NCBI GenBank assembly: GCA_013115145.1
Contig: JAAPAO010000175.1
Coordinates: forward strand, 1-57,527
Reading direction: 5' to 3'
Source of the DNA: Perkinsus chesapeaki ATCC PRA-425
Taxonomy: Eukaryota > Protista > Perkinsozoa
DNA: 57,527 bases
Positions 39,544 to 50,705 of this stretch are shown here, in pieces; within the stretch, counting starts at the first letter, position 1, and each line of letters opens with the position of its first letter. A model generated the notes under the pieces. The model was given only the letters and a program-made list of their open reading frames with translations. It made no database searches and was not told where the DNA came from. The position numbers were made by a program, and so were the translations under genes.

Positions 39544-40786
39544 CTATGCGAACTTAACGTGCTTCTTCTTTCCCTTCTTCTTGGCCGGTTTCGCCTCCTC
39601 CTCCACCACTTCAGTTGGCTCCTCCAATGCCTTGTGATTCCTTCGTCGTCTACGTTTGTGACTTTCCTCTTTTTTGCCATCCTCATGCTCAATGAGCGTT
39701 CCTGTACAGGCGGCTGTGATTCGGCAACCACTGTCCACACTAGCGACGCCGGCCAGCTCTCCCCCGGCCAACTGCCACAGTATGAATCGGCCATCGGAGC
39801 ACACGGTGACCAGTAGTGTCAGATCCTCCTCGTCAAGGGCCACCATGATGGCCTTCACTCGACTCCCGTGGGCGAAGTTACCCTCCTCATCATCAGCATC
39901 AGAAGGGTGGACCTCACTTTCCTCTACTAGATCGCCATTTGGTGCCACCCTCAGGACCACCAGAGACCCATCTGCCTTACCAACAACGAGGCAGCCGTCG
40001 ACGAAGCACATACTGGATAGAGTGGCATGGTCACTCTCATAGGGCTGCGGAAGGGAGCCATCTCCCCCGGGCTGGTCCGACACTGACAGCACCTGTGCCT
40101 TCCTCTGCATCATAATTGCGTATCCTTCTTTGCCGCCACCAATCTTGACCCATTCGACGTCTCTGACAGGCTCGTGGACTTTATTAACTGCAGCACAGGT
40201 CCCTCGAGTAAGGTCCCACATCCTCAGCTCTCCAGCCCCGGCCGACAGGGCCAATCTACCACTAGGATGGATGGCGATGGCATCCACGCAACCGTCAGAG
40301 TGGGCCCGGAAAGACTTCAGCACTCTGCAGTCCGACAACCTGGTTAATGCTATTTTACCGTCGGCAGCTCCAGAGAGAATACATTGCGCACTATAAAGAA
40401 CAAAAGATACGCCATCGAAGATCGGATGCCCCCTACCTTGGTGTTGCGGCCAAAGCAGTGACGCTGCCTTCATGGACATCTAGGGACCCCTTCGCCTGAC
40501 GCTTCACCGTGTCGTATAGCCGAATGGTCTCATCGCTGCCACCAGTGGCAAGCAGTCCACCTTTGCCGGCACAACACACCTTAACAGCCCCGAGATGGGA
40601 CGAGAAGCCAAACACCTGTATAAGTGGTGACACGGGTGGTGACTCGGTGGACCGTTGCTCTACCTGTTTAAGCTCGTAGCCTTCCTCATCATCTACTTGT
40701 ATTTTACGGACCTCAACTCCAAGTAGAGCGCCATCATAGGTGCCAGCGCTCACTACAGCAACAGCCTCATCTTCGACAGAGGCCAT
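39544..40786 (-). CDS. PAK1IP1: WD40 protein of the PAK1IP1/MAK11 family (60S biogenesis)
   Basis: SAGTYDGALLG, SHLGAVK..LATGGSDETIRLYD, HEGSVTAL, AIHPSGRLALS, HGSRVK, Lys-rich tail. Confidence 0.75.
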
Positions 40787-41074
40787 TTTAGTAACAAGAT
40801 ACGAAATAGGTTGATAGACCACCCCCGCCCAAAAAGAATATATTTGATATGCTCTGATTAATTGTAAAATTTATTCAGTATCGATTGTGCGTCACCTTTC
40901 CAGGTCAATGCTATGATGATTGTTGCGCAAATGGCTGTTGCAAAGAGGGCTACTCAATTTGTTAATGTTGATTTTTCTGATTAAAAAATATAATGAAATG
41001 CTGGTACTGGGAATCGAACCTTTGCGGGATTGCTATACACGGGTTTACCTATATCATTTGGCTGTCACTGATAT

Positions 41075-41087
41075 CCAATCAGATTGG
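41075..41087. promoter_or_regulatory. Inverted pair of CCAAT boxes in the divergent MAK11/UTP13 intergenic region
   Basis: CCAATC-A-GATTGG, 13 nt upstream of the UTP13 ATG; function inferred. Confidence 0.3.
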
Positions 41088-41099
41088 TTCTCAATCAGT

Positions 41100-44000
41100 A
41101 TGGCCGCTGCCACCGACGTGAATGGCGGTCTTGCCGAGTCATTCAAAGTGTCGCGTACAGTATCAAGCTTCTACACTGGAGGGCGTATCCTTTACGGTGC
41201 GGGTTCAGGGAAGCTGTTCTCTCTCTGTTCTGAAGGGGTACTACTGTGGGGAAGGTATCCCAGCCGAATACTGCTCCTTAGGTGAGGATGGTGGACCCTG
41301 CCACTGGGGAAGTAGAATGCGAAATTGACGTTGAAAATGATGGTATCACCACATTCGCCGTTCATGACACCAACGATGCCTGCCTACGTCGAGCGGTCCA
41401 AGGTAGGTCTGGCCCCGCCAATCAACAACATACCTCCATCGTAGGGTATACTGGCGAGGTCGTTGCTATGCTGGTGACAGCATGTCGCTCACAGTTGTTA
41501 AGGCACTGGGTCATCACGGCTCGAGAGAGATCAGATGACACCACAGAGGGGCTTCCGAAGTTCCAAGCCCAGCTCCTTCGAAGTTGGGCCTCATCCCAAA
41601 GCGTCATCACCTGTATAGACTTCGATACCTCCGGTGGCCTAGTCGTCACCGGTGGCGTCGACAACAGCGTTAAGGTTTGGGATATCCCCGGATACTTCTG
41701 TAGGTCGCATCAATGTAGCTTATCCGACTTGCCCAATCCAGGTACGCATCACCTTCGTGGGCACAACGCCCCTGTGTCCCATGTACGGTTCTTGCCGGAC
41801 CAGGCGAGGCTGGCATCGGTGAGTGATGACTTTGAGATTAGGGTTTGGGATTTAGTGCAAGCTGCTGCGGCTTCGGGACGGAAGGGAGGCTCCCAGTGTC
41901 AAATGGTAGTATAGGATGCCGTGGGTGGGGATAGAACCTGGGTCGTCATCATGTAGATACTTAGGGACCACCAGTCCTCCATAACTTCCATTGAAATTGG
42001 CGGCCCTCACGGAGAGGTACTTGCTCTTTTATCGTCACTCGCCATCAAATTCGCCTCAGACTCTGATCTCCGCTGGTAAGGACCAGATGATTAATTTCTG
42101 GGACGTCACACTAAAGAAGGAAGAGGAAGGTCGACGAGATATCATTCGAAAGCCGGCGCACGTTGTACTGGTCTTCGAGGCCGTCCACGACATCTGCCTC
42201 CTACCGAACAAGCTCCTGGCTGTAGTGGGGGAAGAGGGTACTGCAGTTGCTCCATCAACTACTTTGGAGAGGTCTCCGAGTAGGTACGGTGAAATTGTGG
42301 GATCCTATCAGACGACATTGCTTCGACGAAAAGAAGGCGGGGGACTTCGGAGTGACCGGCAGCTTTATTCATGTAATGCGGGAGCTCTTCTAAGGGGGGA
42401 TATGTCTTGGCTTACTTAGGCGTTCTGGGTGTCCACGATGGGCGGAGAAGGTCAGCTCTGTACGGTGGGTGAGGACAGGACGCTCAGTCTGTGGAGGGCA
42501 GCGGTGGTGGAAGGGGATAGGCCCCAACGATATGAGGACGCCAAGCTGGGCTGGGAACGGCAAATTATGGGAGATCTTGATGAGGTTATATCAACCAAAT
42601 GGATTGGCAAAGACAGCGTCATAGCAAGTACTAGGGTGGACCATGGGGGAGGAGAAGGAAGACGGTATATACCTAGGTTTCAATGATGCCAACCCTCGGG
42701 TACTATCGGGGTTGTCGAGCGACGCCAAGTCACAGATCTCTACGACGCCTCTGACCGGTCATGACGGTACAGTGCTCACCATTGCTGTTGGTGGCAAAGG
42801 AGGCCGCGGACCAACTGAGGCGCTTTATGCTATAACTGGGTCGAAGGACCAGACGGCGAGGGTGTGGAGTTTGGAGAGTAAAAAGTGTCTGGCTGTTCTC
42901 AGAGGTAAGGCAATCGTCTCTGGTGGGGATACCGGATATATTTTAGGTCACACTGGCGCCGTCACGGGGGTAGCGTTAAGCAGGCGACGACCAGGGAAGG
43001 CCTTCACCTGTGGGAGATTTAATGAAGGATTTCGGTGGTATATCATGACTCAGGTTCGGAGGATAAAACAGTGAAATTGTGGGACATCTCCGAGGCCCTC
43101 ACCAACACCACTGATGAGCCTATCGAGGTCCGTCATGACCTGATGAATGTTATATAATCGTTTTAAGGTCACCTCGGCCGCCGCCACTGTTGTAGCTCAT
43201 CTGAAGTCGGCAAATGATGTCCAATGTGCTCCTAATGACAAGCTCATCGCCTCCGCTGGTCAAGACAAGCTGGTAGGACCATCCCTCTCCGCCAACTGCC
43301 ATGGCTGGTGTTTTAGATCAAAGTGTGGAGGGTTGATGCAGCGGGCAGCCTTCAACATCTTGAACTAGCAGGAACCTGTACCGGACATCGTCGGGGCGTC
43401 TGGAGTGTGGACTTCTCCCCGGTTGACAAGGTAAGCGCTTCGACTACTACTGTCGGTGTGTTCTACCGACTTCCCCCAAGGATATCATAGTTTTAATCTA
43501 TCAATAATTCATATATTTACTATTTTATATATCTCCTCTAATGCTATATTTATAATAATATAGACTAATAGTGGTATAAATATAGATAATGTGTCCAATA
43601 TTGATAATATATCGCTACTTTCCCCTCATAATGAATCCTAGATGTCAAATTCAATCTCACATGTATTCCTTCAAGGATGAAACCCGCCTTCGGTTCCGTA
43701 GAACTTGGTATGGCAAGCGACAACATTCCCCCTCGCCCTCATTTAAGACTGGTGTCCACATCTCCACAGATTTTCGACAGAAACTCTTTTTTTGAAATAC
43801 CATCAATCATGATAGTAATTTCACAGGTATTGGCCTCCGCATCCGGTGACTCTCTTGTTAAGCTTTGGAACCTCACCGACTACACCTGCATCAGAACTTT
43901 CCAAGGCCATGAACATGCCGTCCTCAACGTGAGCATCTCCTCCTCTTCATTCCACCGGGTTATCTTTCATCGGTCAGGTTTGCTTCATCGGCACTCTTGG

Positions 44001-45073
44001 AATGCAGCTGGTCTCCTCGGGCGGCGATGGTCTGGTCAGATTGTGGCACATCAGAACGAGCGAGTGCGCTGCAGTGTTGGAAGGCCACGATGATCGTGTT
44101 TGGAGCATGGACGTAGGTTGCCGCTGCTGGGATTCGAACCCGGGACCTGCCTTCCAGGCCAACGCTTCCACCAACTGCTTGGTCACGGGCGGGGCTGATA
44201 GCAAGCTATTGTTGTGGGAAGACTGTACAAGTGAAGAGAAGGAGAAGACTCAGCAAGCATCAGCGGAGGTCGGCCCTCAATTCTGTGGCGCTGCGGTCAT
44301 CGTTTTCATTTTCAGGCGGCTCAACGGGACACTCGAATCCGCATTCTATTGCTTCAAGGCAAACATAAGGAGGCGTTGGATCTTGCATTGAAGCTTCGAC
44401 GGCCAGGTGAGGAAGGCAGGGATATGACGGCAGCGGTAATGTTGATATGTCAGGTCTGATGAAGACCGTGCTGGAAGACCATGCCTGGAAATCTCTGACT
44501 GCCGCAATGGAGCATTCTGATGGCGATGTTGAAAATAAGGACTTGAGCATCGGCAATTGGGTTGAGAGTCTCAAAGAGGATGATCTCGAGGCTCTCATTG
44601 ACGTAGAATGCAATGATGGTCTGTATGGTGGGATGATGTTATCGATCAGGTTTGCGGGAGATGGCAGACAACTGCGAGGAATTGCGACTTGGCACATTCC
44701 GTCATGAACGAGATATTCAAGCGGATACCGGTAGGCGGATGCAATGTATTCGAAGCGACTGCAGTCGTTCGTTGTTATTAGGCTTCGCGTCTCTACCGAA
44801 TGGAAGGCATTGCTTCTTTCCTCGATTCCTTTGTTGCCTATGGCGCCAAGCATCTCAGAAGGTAACCAACCCTCCACACTTTCAATGCCAGCTGTTGGCT
44901 TCAGATTGGAGGCCCACACGTCACGAGCGTTCCTGTGTGATGGGATCTTGGCCAGCGTGGGGTCGGCCAATGTTCTTCCGGAGCTGTCGGAGCGTCGCAT
45001 GATGAGTATCATTACCGATGATGAACCAAATGCCAAGCGACAGCGATCAGCCAACGATGTAGCTTCATCTTGA
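41100..45073 (+). CDS. UTP13: U3 snoRNP/SSU processome WD40 protein UTP13/TBL3, multi-exon
   Basis: FYTGG near the N-terminus; many WD40 repeats (LVVTGGVDNSVKVWD, ITGSKDQTARVW, LASASGDSLVKLWN, LVSSGGDGLVRLW, HDDRVWSMD|..LVTGGADS); helical C-terminal domain; 3' end approximate. Confidence 0.85.
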
Positions 45074-46439
45074 ACTACCAACGTATCTTCTACCAAAATC
45101 AACGTCATATGTTTCTCCAAAAGGTTACATTATTTAAAGCAGTCTTGAGTTTCACCAGTTAAGGTTGGGGCAGATGAGAACCTTAGCCCAGTCGCTACGC
45201 GTCGGCTGGTTCATGCGAAAACCGCCACAGTCATGAACACTCTATGACGACTCTGGTCTTAGATATCTAACTACACCACCTTTGTGCAGTGTACATGTGA
45301 ACGCGTAACTGCTTTTCGCACATACAAACGGAAAGTATAATGTTGCTAATTGGACAGCTAGTAGTGCGCAACTTGGTCACCTGCTGTGGATTGGCCCCAA
45401 CCGTTGGCTGGGCTAAAGACGCACAATATACGCAGCTCTGGGAAACGAAAGAAGATCGAACATCTTCAACACTTTTGGAAGAGGGTGCTTCCCTGAGCAG
45501 TTTATCTAGCACTAAACCCGTTTGATTTAACAATAGTACTAGACGATATCACTAATTCATTCAACTCGACGAGTAAAGGTCAAAAAGTGGAAGTTGTGTA
45601 TAGTCGGAGAGGTCTAGACTTCAACGTTCAAATATATCGTACTTACGATGATAAAGATTCCCACAGGAACCTTCAAGGTCTCCGACTCATTCCGTGGGTT
45701 TGGCACGGTACTGACACTCGCGCAGGATCATAGCAATGTCCTATTGGTGACCGAGCATCTGGCGTATAAGGTTATGTAGTTCGCAGCCATTCTTAGTTTA
45801 CTTACGTGATTCTGTGACGCTGAAAGGCTGCCATGGTGCTTCTTGCTCAGTATCTTTGTCGACACAAAGTCAAACACCCGTCCAGCTTGATGGGCATTTG
45901 CAGCAGCTCGCAGTCTACTGTGCTCAATACTAACAATGGTTAGTACCAACATTTTTATCTTCTTCAATGAAAGTCTCTCTTCGCTTCATGTCCACAAAGA
46001 AACCATACTCTGTTAATGGTGTGTCCTAACCGTGATCTATGATTCACCAGGTGATGCCTGCAGGCAGCAGAGATACTATTCGCTGCCAGGATATGGCGCG
46101 GCACCTCATCGCATGCTGACCTATGTCTACAGAGAAACAACCACAAGCCACAGGCTTCCTGTGCCGCACGGGATAGAAGCAGACCCTAGTTTTCCTGTAA
46201 CACTAAGCATGTCCTACCATTACATCCTCCATCGCCATACAGACTTACGATTAGTGAGGCATAAAGAACGAGCTGCAAGTACAACTCGCTCCAGTGGAGC
46301 TTCAGCTCGCCACCCCGCATTCTTATCAAAACAAGGTTAGCCGTTCTGGCTATATGACTCAGAGCTGAATGTCCTAGATATGGTGAACTTTTCAGTTGTT
46401 CACTCCCGTACGCAGTGTTTGGAATACAAGGTGCTAGCG

Positions 46440-48096
46440 AGATCGGTCCTATTGATCTCATTGTATCGCACCTGATTGACATCGGCTGACGTTGTTTCTA
46501 AGAGCGGGGCTAAGGGCTCTTTGGACAAATTCAAGGAAGAAGAAAGTATGTAAGCTGAACGGCAGTTTTGATCACCGATGCTCTTGAGAGGTCTGGTATA
46601 TTTTGTTGATGAAGAGGTGAAGCATTATGGAAAACTTGAGGCGGATGCGTCAGGAGAAAGTTCCGTCAGAGACTCGGCCTTCGAGCCGCTAAAGAACGTA
46701 TCTACGGCAAGTCGACCAGCCCTAATGCAGGCTACTGTGGATAAATTAAACTCAAAGCAGCGTAGCTGGGTTGCTTCCAAACATCAGCCGCTATTCCGGG
46801 GTAAGTCGAATGCTGTTAGGTTGAGGCAATACTCTGGGAATAAGAACGGCTGTTGGTCGATACGCGCTCACACATAGCTCATAAATTCGAGCCTCAGGTG
46901 CCTCCCTTGCTGGTGTCTTGACAGTGCCTGGGAGACAGAAGCTCGATGAAAATGTCAGAAACTTACTTCCTAAGGACCCTACCATGCTTAGCGTCACAAG
47001 TCTGCCACCGACCTTTGATCCCCGCGAGAAATTCAGAGAATGCGCCAGTGTGATAGGGCATGTCCGGTAGGAGGCCGCTCTGCCACTGATAGGGCACCAA
47101 GATCGGAACCGCTCAGACTCCAGGTCGTGTTTAGCAGTGTCTACTGTGACTGTTCGTAATTCTCAGAGACCAGGCCGTCTGTGAATGCTGCGCGGTCATA
47201 TCAGCCGTTGCAGTTCTTAATGATCGTTTGTGTATAAGAACAAATGGGAAGTTCAACAAGCTACTTTCCCCGGCCTATGTTGCTTAGAGTAATGCTCTCA
47301 GGAGGAGATTACGCGCCTGCTAACGAGATGACAGCAGGCAATGGGTGCTGGCCATACAACTTCCCCAAGTGTGCTCATTGTAACCAAGGAACGAGGAAGT
47401 ACCCTTCTTGTCCTTACGTAATTAGAACTCCTCTCTAGGACCCCAACTTTTTTTATTCGATTTCTTCAGTACCCCTACCCGGCCCGTACTTGCCTCTCTA
47501 CTTGTACCAACCAGAAATATGGAGCAAAGCTTAACGAGTAAGATCTTCGTCAGAAGTCGCCAATTTCTGCGCCCTGCAGCAACTTGCATTTTGTGGAACC
47601 CCCTGGAATGGCCCTTCTACCGCGTGATACTGGTATGATAAAGAGAGAAATATTCATCAACGGATCGGTAAGATGTTTCTCTTAAAGGGAGCCGTAGCCT
47701 GGGGCACATGTTGGTTAATACGATTTCCAGACTAATTGGACTGAGGAAGCACGGAAAATGCCTTTGTAAAATGCCCGTGGCTTGCTGCTCCCAGGCCGGT
47801 TCCGAACCGAACTTCAATTCAAGATTATTTAGGTCACAGCGACTTTCGACCTTTACCGAGACTTCTATTTCTATAAGTCTGGTGTGTACAAACACGTGGG
47901 TGGTGATTTCCAGTTCTACCACACACTTAAGCTAATTGGTTGGGGTAGGGCAGGAAATGAAGTGTTGGTTGGTTGCATGGAGTGGTTGGCAGTGAATAGC
48001 TGGAATGAAGAATGGGGAGAAGGAGGACTTTTTAGAATAGCCTTTGGTCAATGTGAAATAGAATATGAGGTTACTTACGGTAACCCTAAACTTTAG
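46440..48096 (+). pseudogene. Cathepsin B-like cysteine protease pseudogene
   Basis: LPPTFDPREKF, DQAVCECC, NDRLCI, YHTLKLIGWG, WLAVNSWN; in-frame TAG at 47285-47287 and loss of the GCxG..W..GIPT exon that is present in the copy at 50706. Confidence 0.75.
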
Positions 48097-48877
48097 CCGG
48101 CTAAGGCAGCCGTCCTCTAGCATTCATAAGATCCGATCTATGTCGTGACATTTTCACAAGTCGATTCCTATTAGCTTCTGTTATCGCCATTTCTCTGTCC
48201 ATCGAAAGCCGTGAGTCGCGGCAAGTTAGTTACTAAGTTTGTTAGAGCTGCTCTGTTGAATGGGAGCTCTTTAGCAGTTCGAACAGCATTGTGTTAAATT
48301 GACACTGTTAATCCTGTCTATAGTCAGTCGATCCAGTCAGCCCTCTTATTCCGAATCTCAATATCAATGATAGATGTGACAACCGTATGGTAACGCAGTG
48401 CTTGCATGGAACTTCTGTTGCGACAGAAGTAGCTCTGTTTCGCGTGGCTATTCCGGTGATTATCGAGAACCACGTAGACCTGTATCATACCGATAGGCAG
48501 ACAATGCAAGGTGCTCGCTGTTCGATTGCTGGAGTCCGTGAACGGTGGAACCTGGTCCAGCATGGAACATGGTCAGGGGGGCCCTCGTCTAGGGCCCATC
48601 AATCTCAAGATTTTCACTACCAGCTGCTCGCTCCAAAGCCTGCATAACACCAGTTACACTGCGAACACATTTCCACAGTACTATTCTTTGTTATACATTG
48701 AGGTTCTTTCTATGGATCACGCATGAGGTCTGATGGCTGGAACTAATGACTTGTCTTCAAAACGTTCGCGGGGAAGGTCAGGAGAAGCCCTAAACTCACG
48801 CGGTGCACAGGTGTTAACTCATCAGAGTGATGAGCATGTAACCCCCTACAGCGATACACAACTGAAGGCGATCCAGG

Positions 48878-48963
48878 AATAGAATGCAAAAGGGCTTTGA
48901 AGAATAGCATTTGGAGGGTGCGGAACAGAGAAGGATCTTACATGCGGGCATCCAAATGTTTAG
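48878..48963 (+). pseudogene. 3'-terminal remnant of a third cathepsin B copy
   Basis: KGL*RIAFGGCGTEKDLTCGHPNV* versus KGLFRIAFGQCGIEKDVTCGHPKV* at the end of the 50706 gene. Confidence 0.75.
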
Positions 48964-50043
48964 ACATTCGCCTTGTGCTAGCTCGAAAAGTATTGTGCTA
49001 CTCTCATTTGCATCTTATTTAAATTTGCGAAAAGGCACCGCTGTGGTTTCTTGTAGAAACTTTCTATTCCCGTCACGGGGACAATCGGGTTGGCGTACCC
49101 ACGGAGCGCGGCCTCTCAGATGTACAACCGGTTGCTCAGCGGTTGCAGCAACTAGGGCCTAGTAACTAGGCTACCAGTGCAACCATCACGCTGATAATAT
49201 TTCAATGCCATTTTTTGACCGAAGATCCGCTAATTTGCTGTAGGATGTTGTCACTTGTCAGCACCGTGTCAGCATGGGAAACGATTGGTGCTCCTTTTCT
49301 CTGACCAGCCAGGAAATACAGTCCTCCAAATTAACTTAGAATGTCACGTTTTTGCGACCATTCTCTGCCAGATTTGCGACTCTGCAACCCAAACTCAGAA
49401 ATATTCGTTCTTATAGCGCCTTGAGTACACCACCCAAGTTTCAGCTGTGTTATAACGCTAACTACTGTGGCTGCTGCGCCTCATCTTTTTTGAGAACAAA
49501 GCAACCTTGAATTTCGGTTCGGATGGATAGAAACACTGGCTCAGTCTGGGAAAACTGGTCAGAAGGTTTTCACAGCAACCCCAACGGTCTTGTTTAGAGC
49601 TTAGTGTATGTCCAGTGATGGGCCACATGGCATTAATCAAGTTAGAGAGTAGAGGTAAGAGACCCCCCAAACTGGGGGGATTTCTACGCGGGATTCGATC
49701 ATATCTCTTAGTAACGCGGATGAGCCACCACTTCGCATGCGACAGAGCAGAGAAGCACGGTGCTCCAAGCAACATTAGGAAGCCCTAGGAAGATTGAAGA
49801 CTTAGTGACAGATATGTGGCATAAGATCATACCTTTCCCTCCATGCCCTAGGGCTTAGTGACAGGCCAGCGGACACTGGCGAACATTCAGCGGGTGTGAC
49901 TGAGGACTGCAAGCCTCGCCGCTGAAACCGCTGAACCAACTATCGAAAAGCGGAGTTATATGCTTACCTCAGTTATTGAGTTCCGTGCACGCACATGCCT
50001 CTTGCGGAGAACTCTACATGAGGGCCGTTGTTAGGAGCATTAG

Positions 50044-50133
50044 TAGTAACATTGTTAGTAACATTGTTAGTAACATTTTTAGTAACATTGTTAGTAACAT
50101 TGTTAGTAACATTGTTAGGCTAACAGTGTTAGG
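50044..50133. repeat. 12-bp minisatellite (TAGTAACATTGT) x6 plus a degenerate unit
   Basis: Read directly; unit 3 is TAGTAACATTTT. Confidence 0.95.
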
Positions 50134-50705
50134 GAAAATGTCTTCCCGCAACTACGACTCTCAACGTAAATTATAAATACTGGTAGCAGAACAGCGTGAC
50201 ACGACCAACTGTCTACACAGGTTCATCCATACACAAAAGTTGTCTAATCTCAGAAACAAGGATGTGCACAGAGAAGTTCAGCAAGGTTATGATTGATCTC
50301 GAAACAAATATAATTCGCAACATCCATTTGACCGACTTATCAGGGTAATGCAATCAAAATCGTCTTCAGACAACTCTCGAGCAGAGGGAGTCTCCAATGG
50401 CACCATGAAGAGTATGAGTCACATCCGTGTGACGTCCCGAACTGTGGTCCACAGAAACCTCGGCGGTGACCTTTTATCGATAATCGAAAATATCGTGTTA
50501 TAAAGTATCAAGTGTTCTCTCACTATAACTTGGGTATCTATTAAATGCAACAAGCAGAACCCGACAGCTAGTTCGTGATAGACTCTATGTGGGATGACGT
50601 CCTTTTTTGAGCCTAGCGTTAGGCAGGCCAGACTTTTATACTAGGGTAAGCTTCACTGATTTGTATACTCTATCAGTTGTGAAGAAGAGTTGTATACCCA
50701 TCCGA

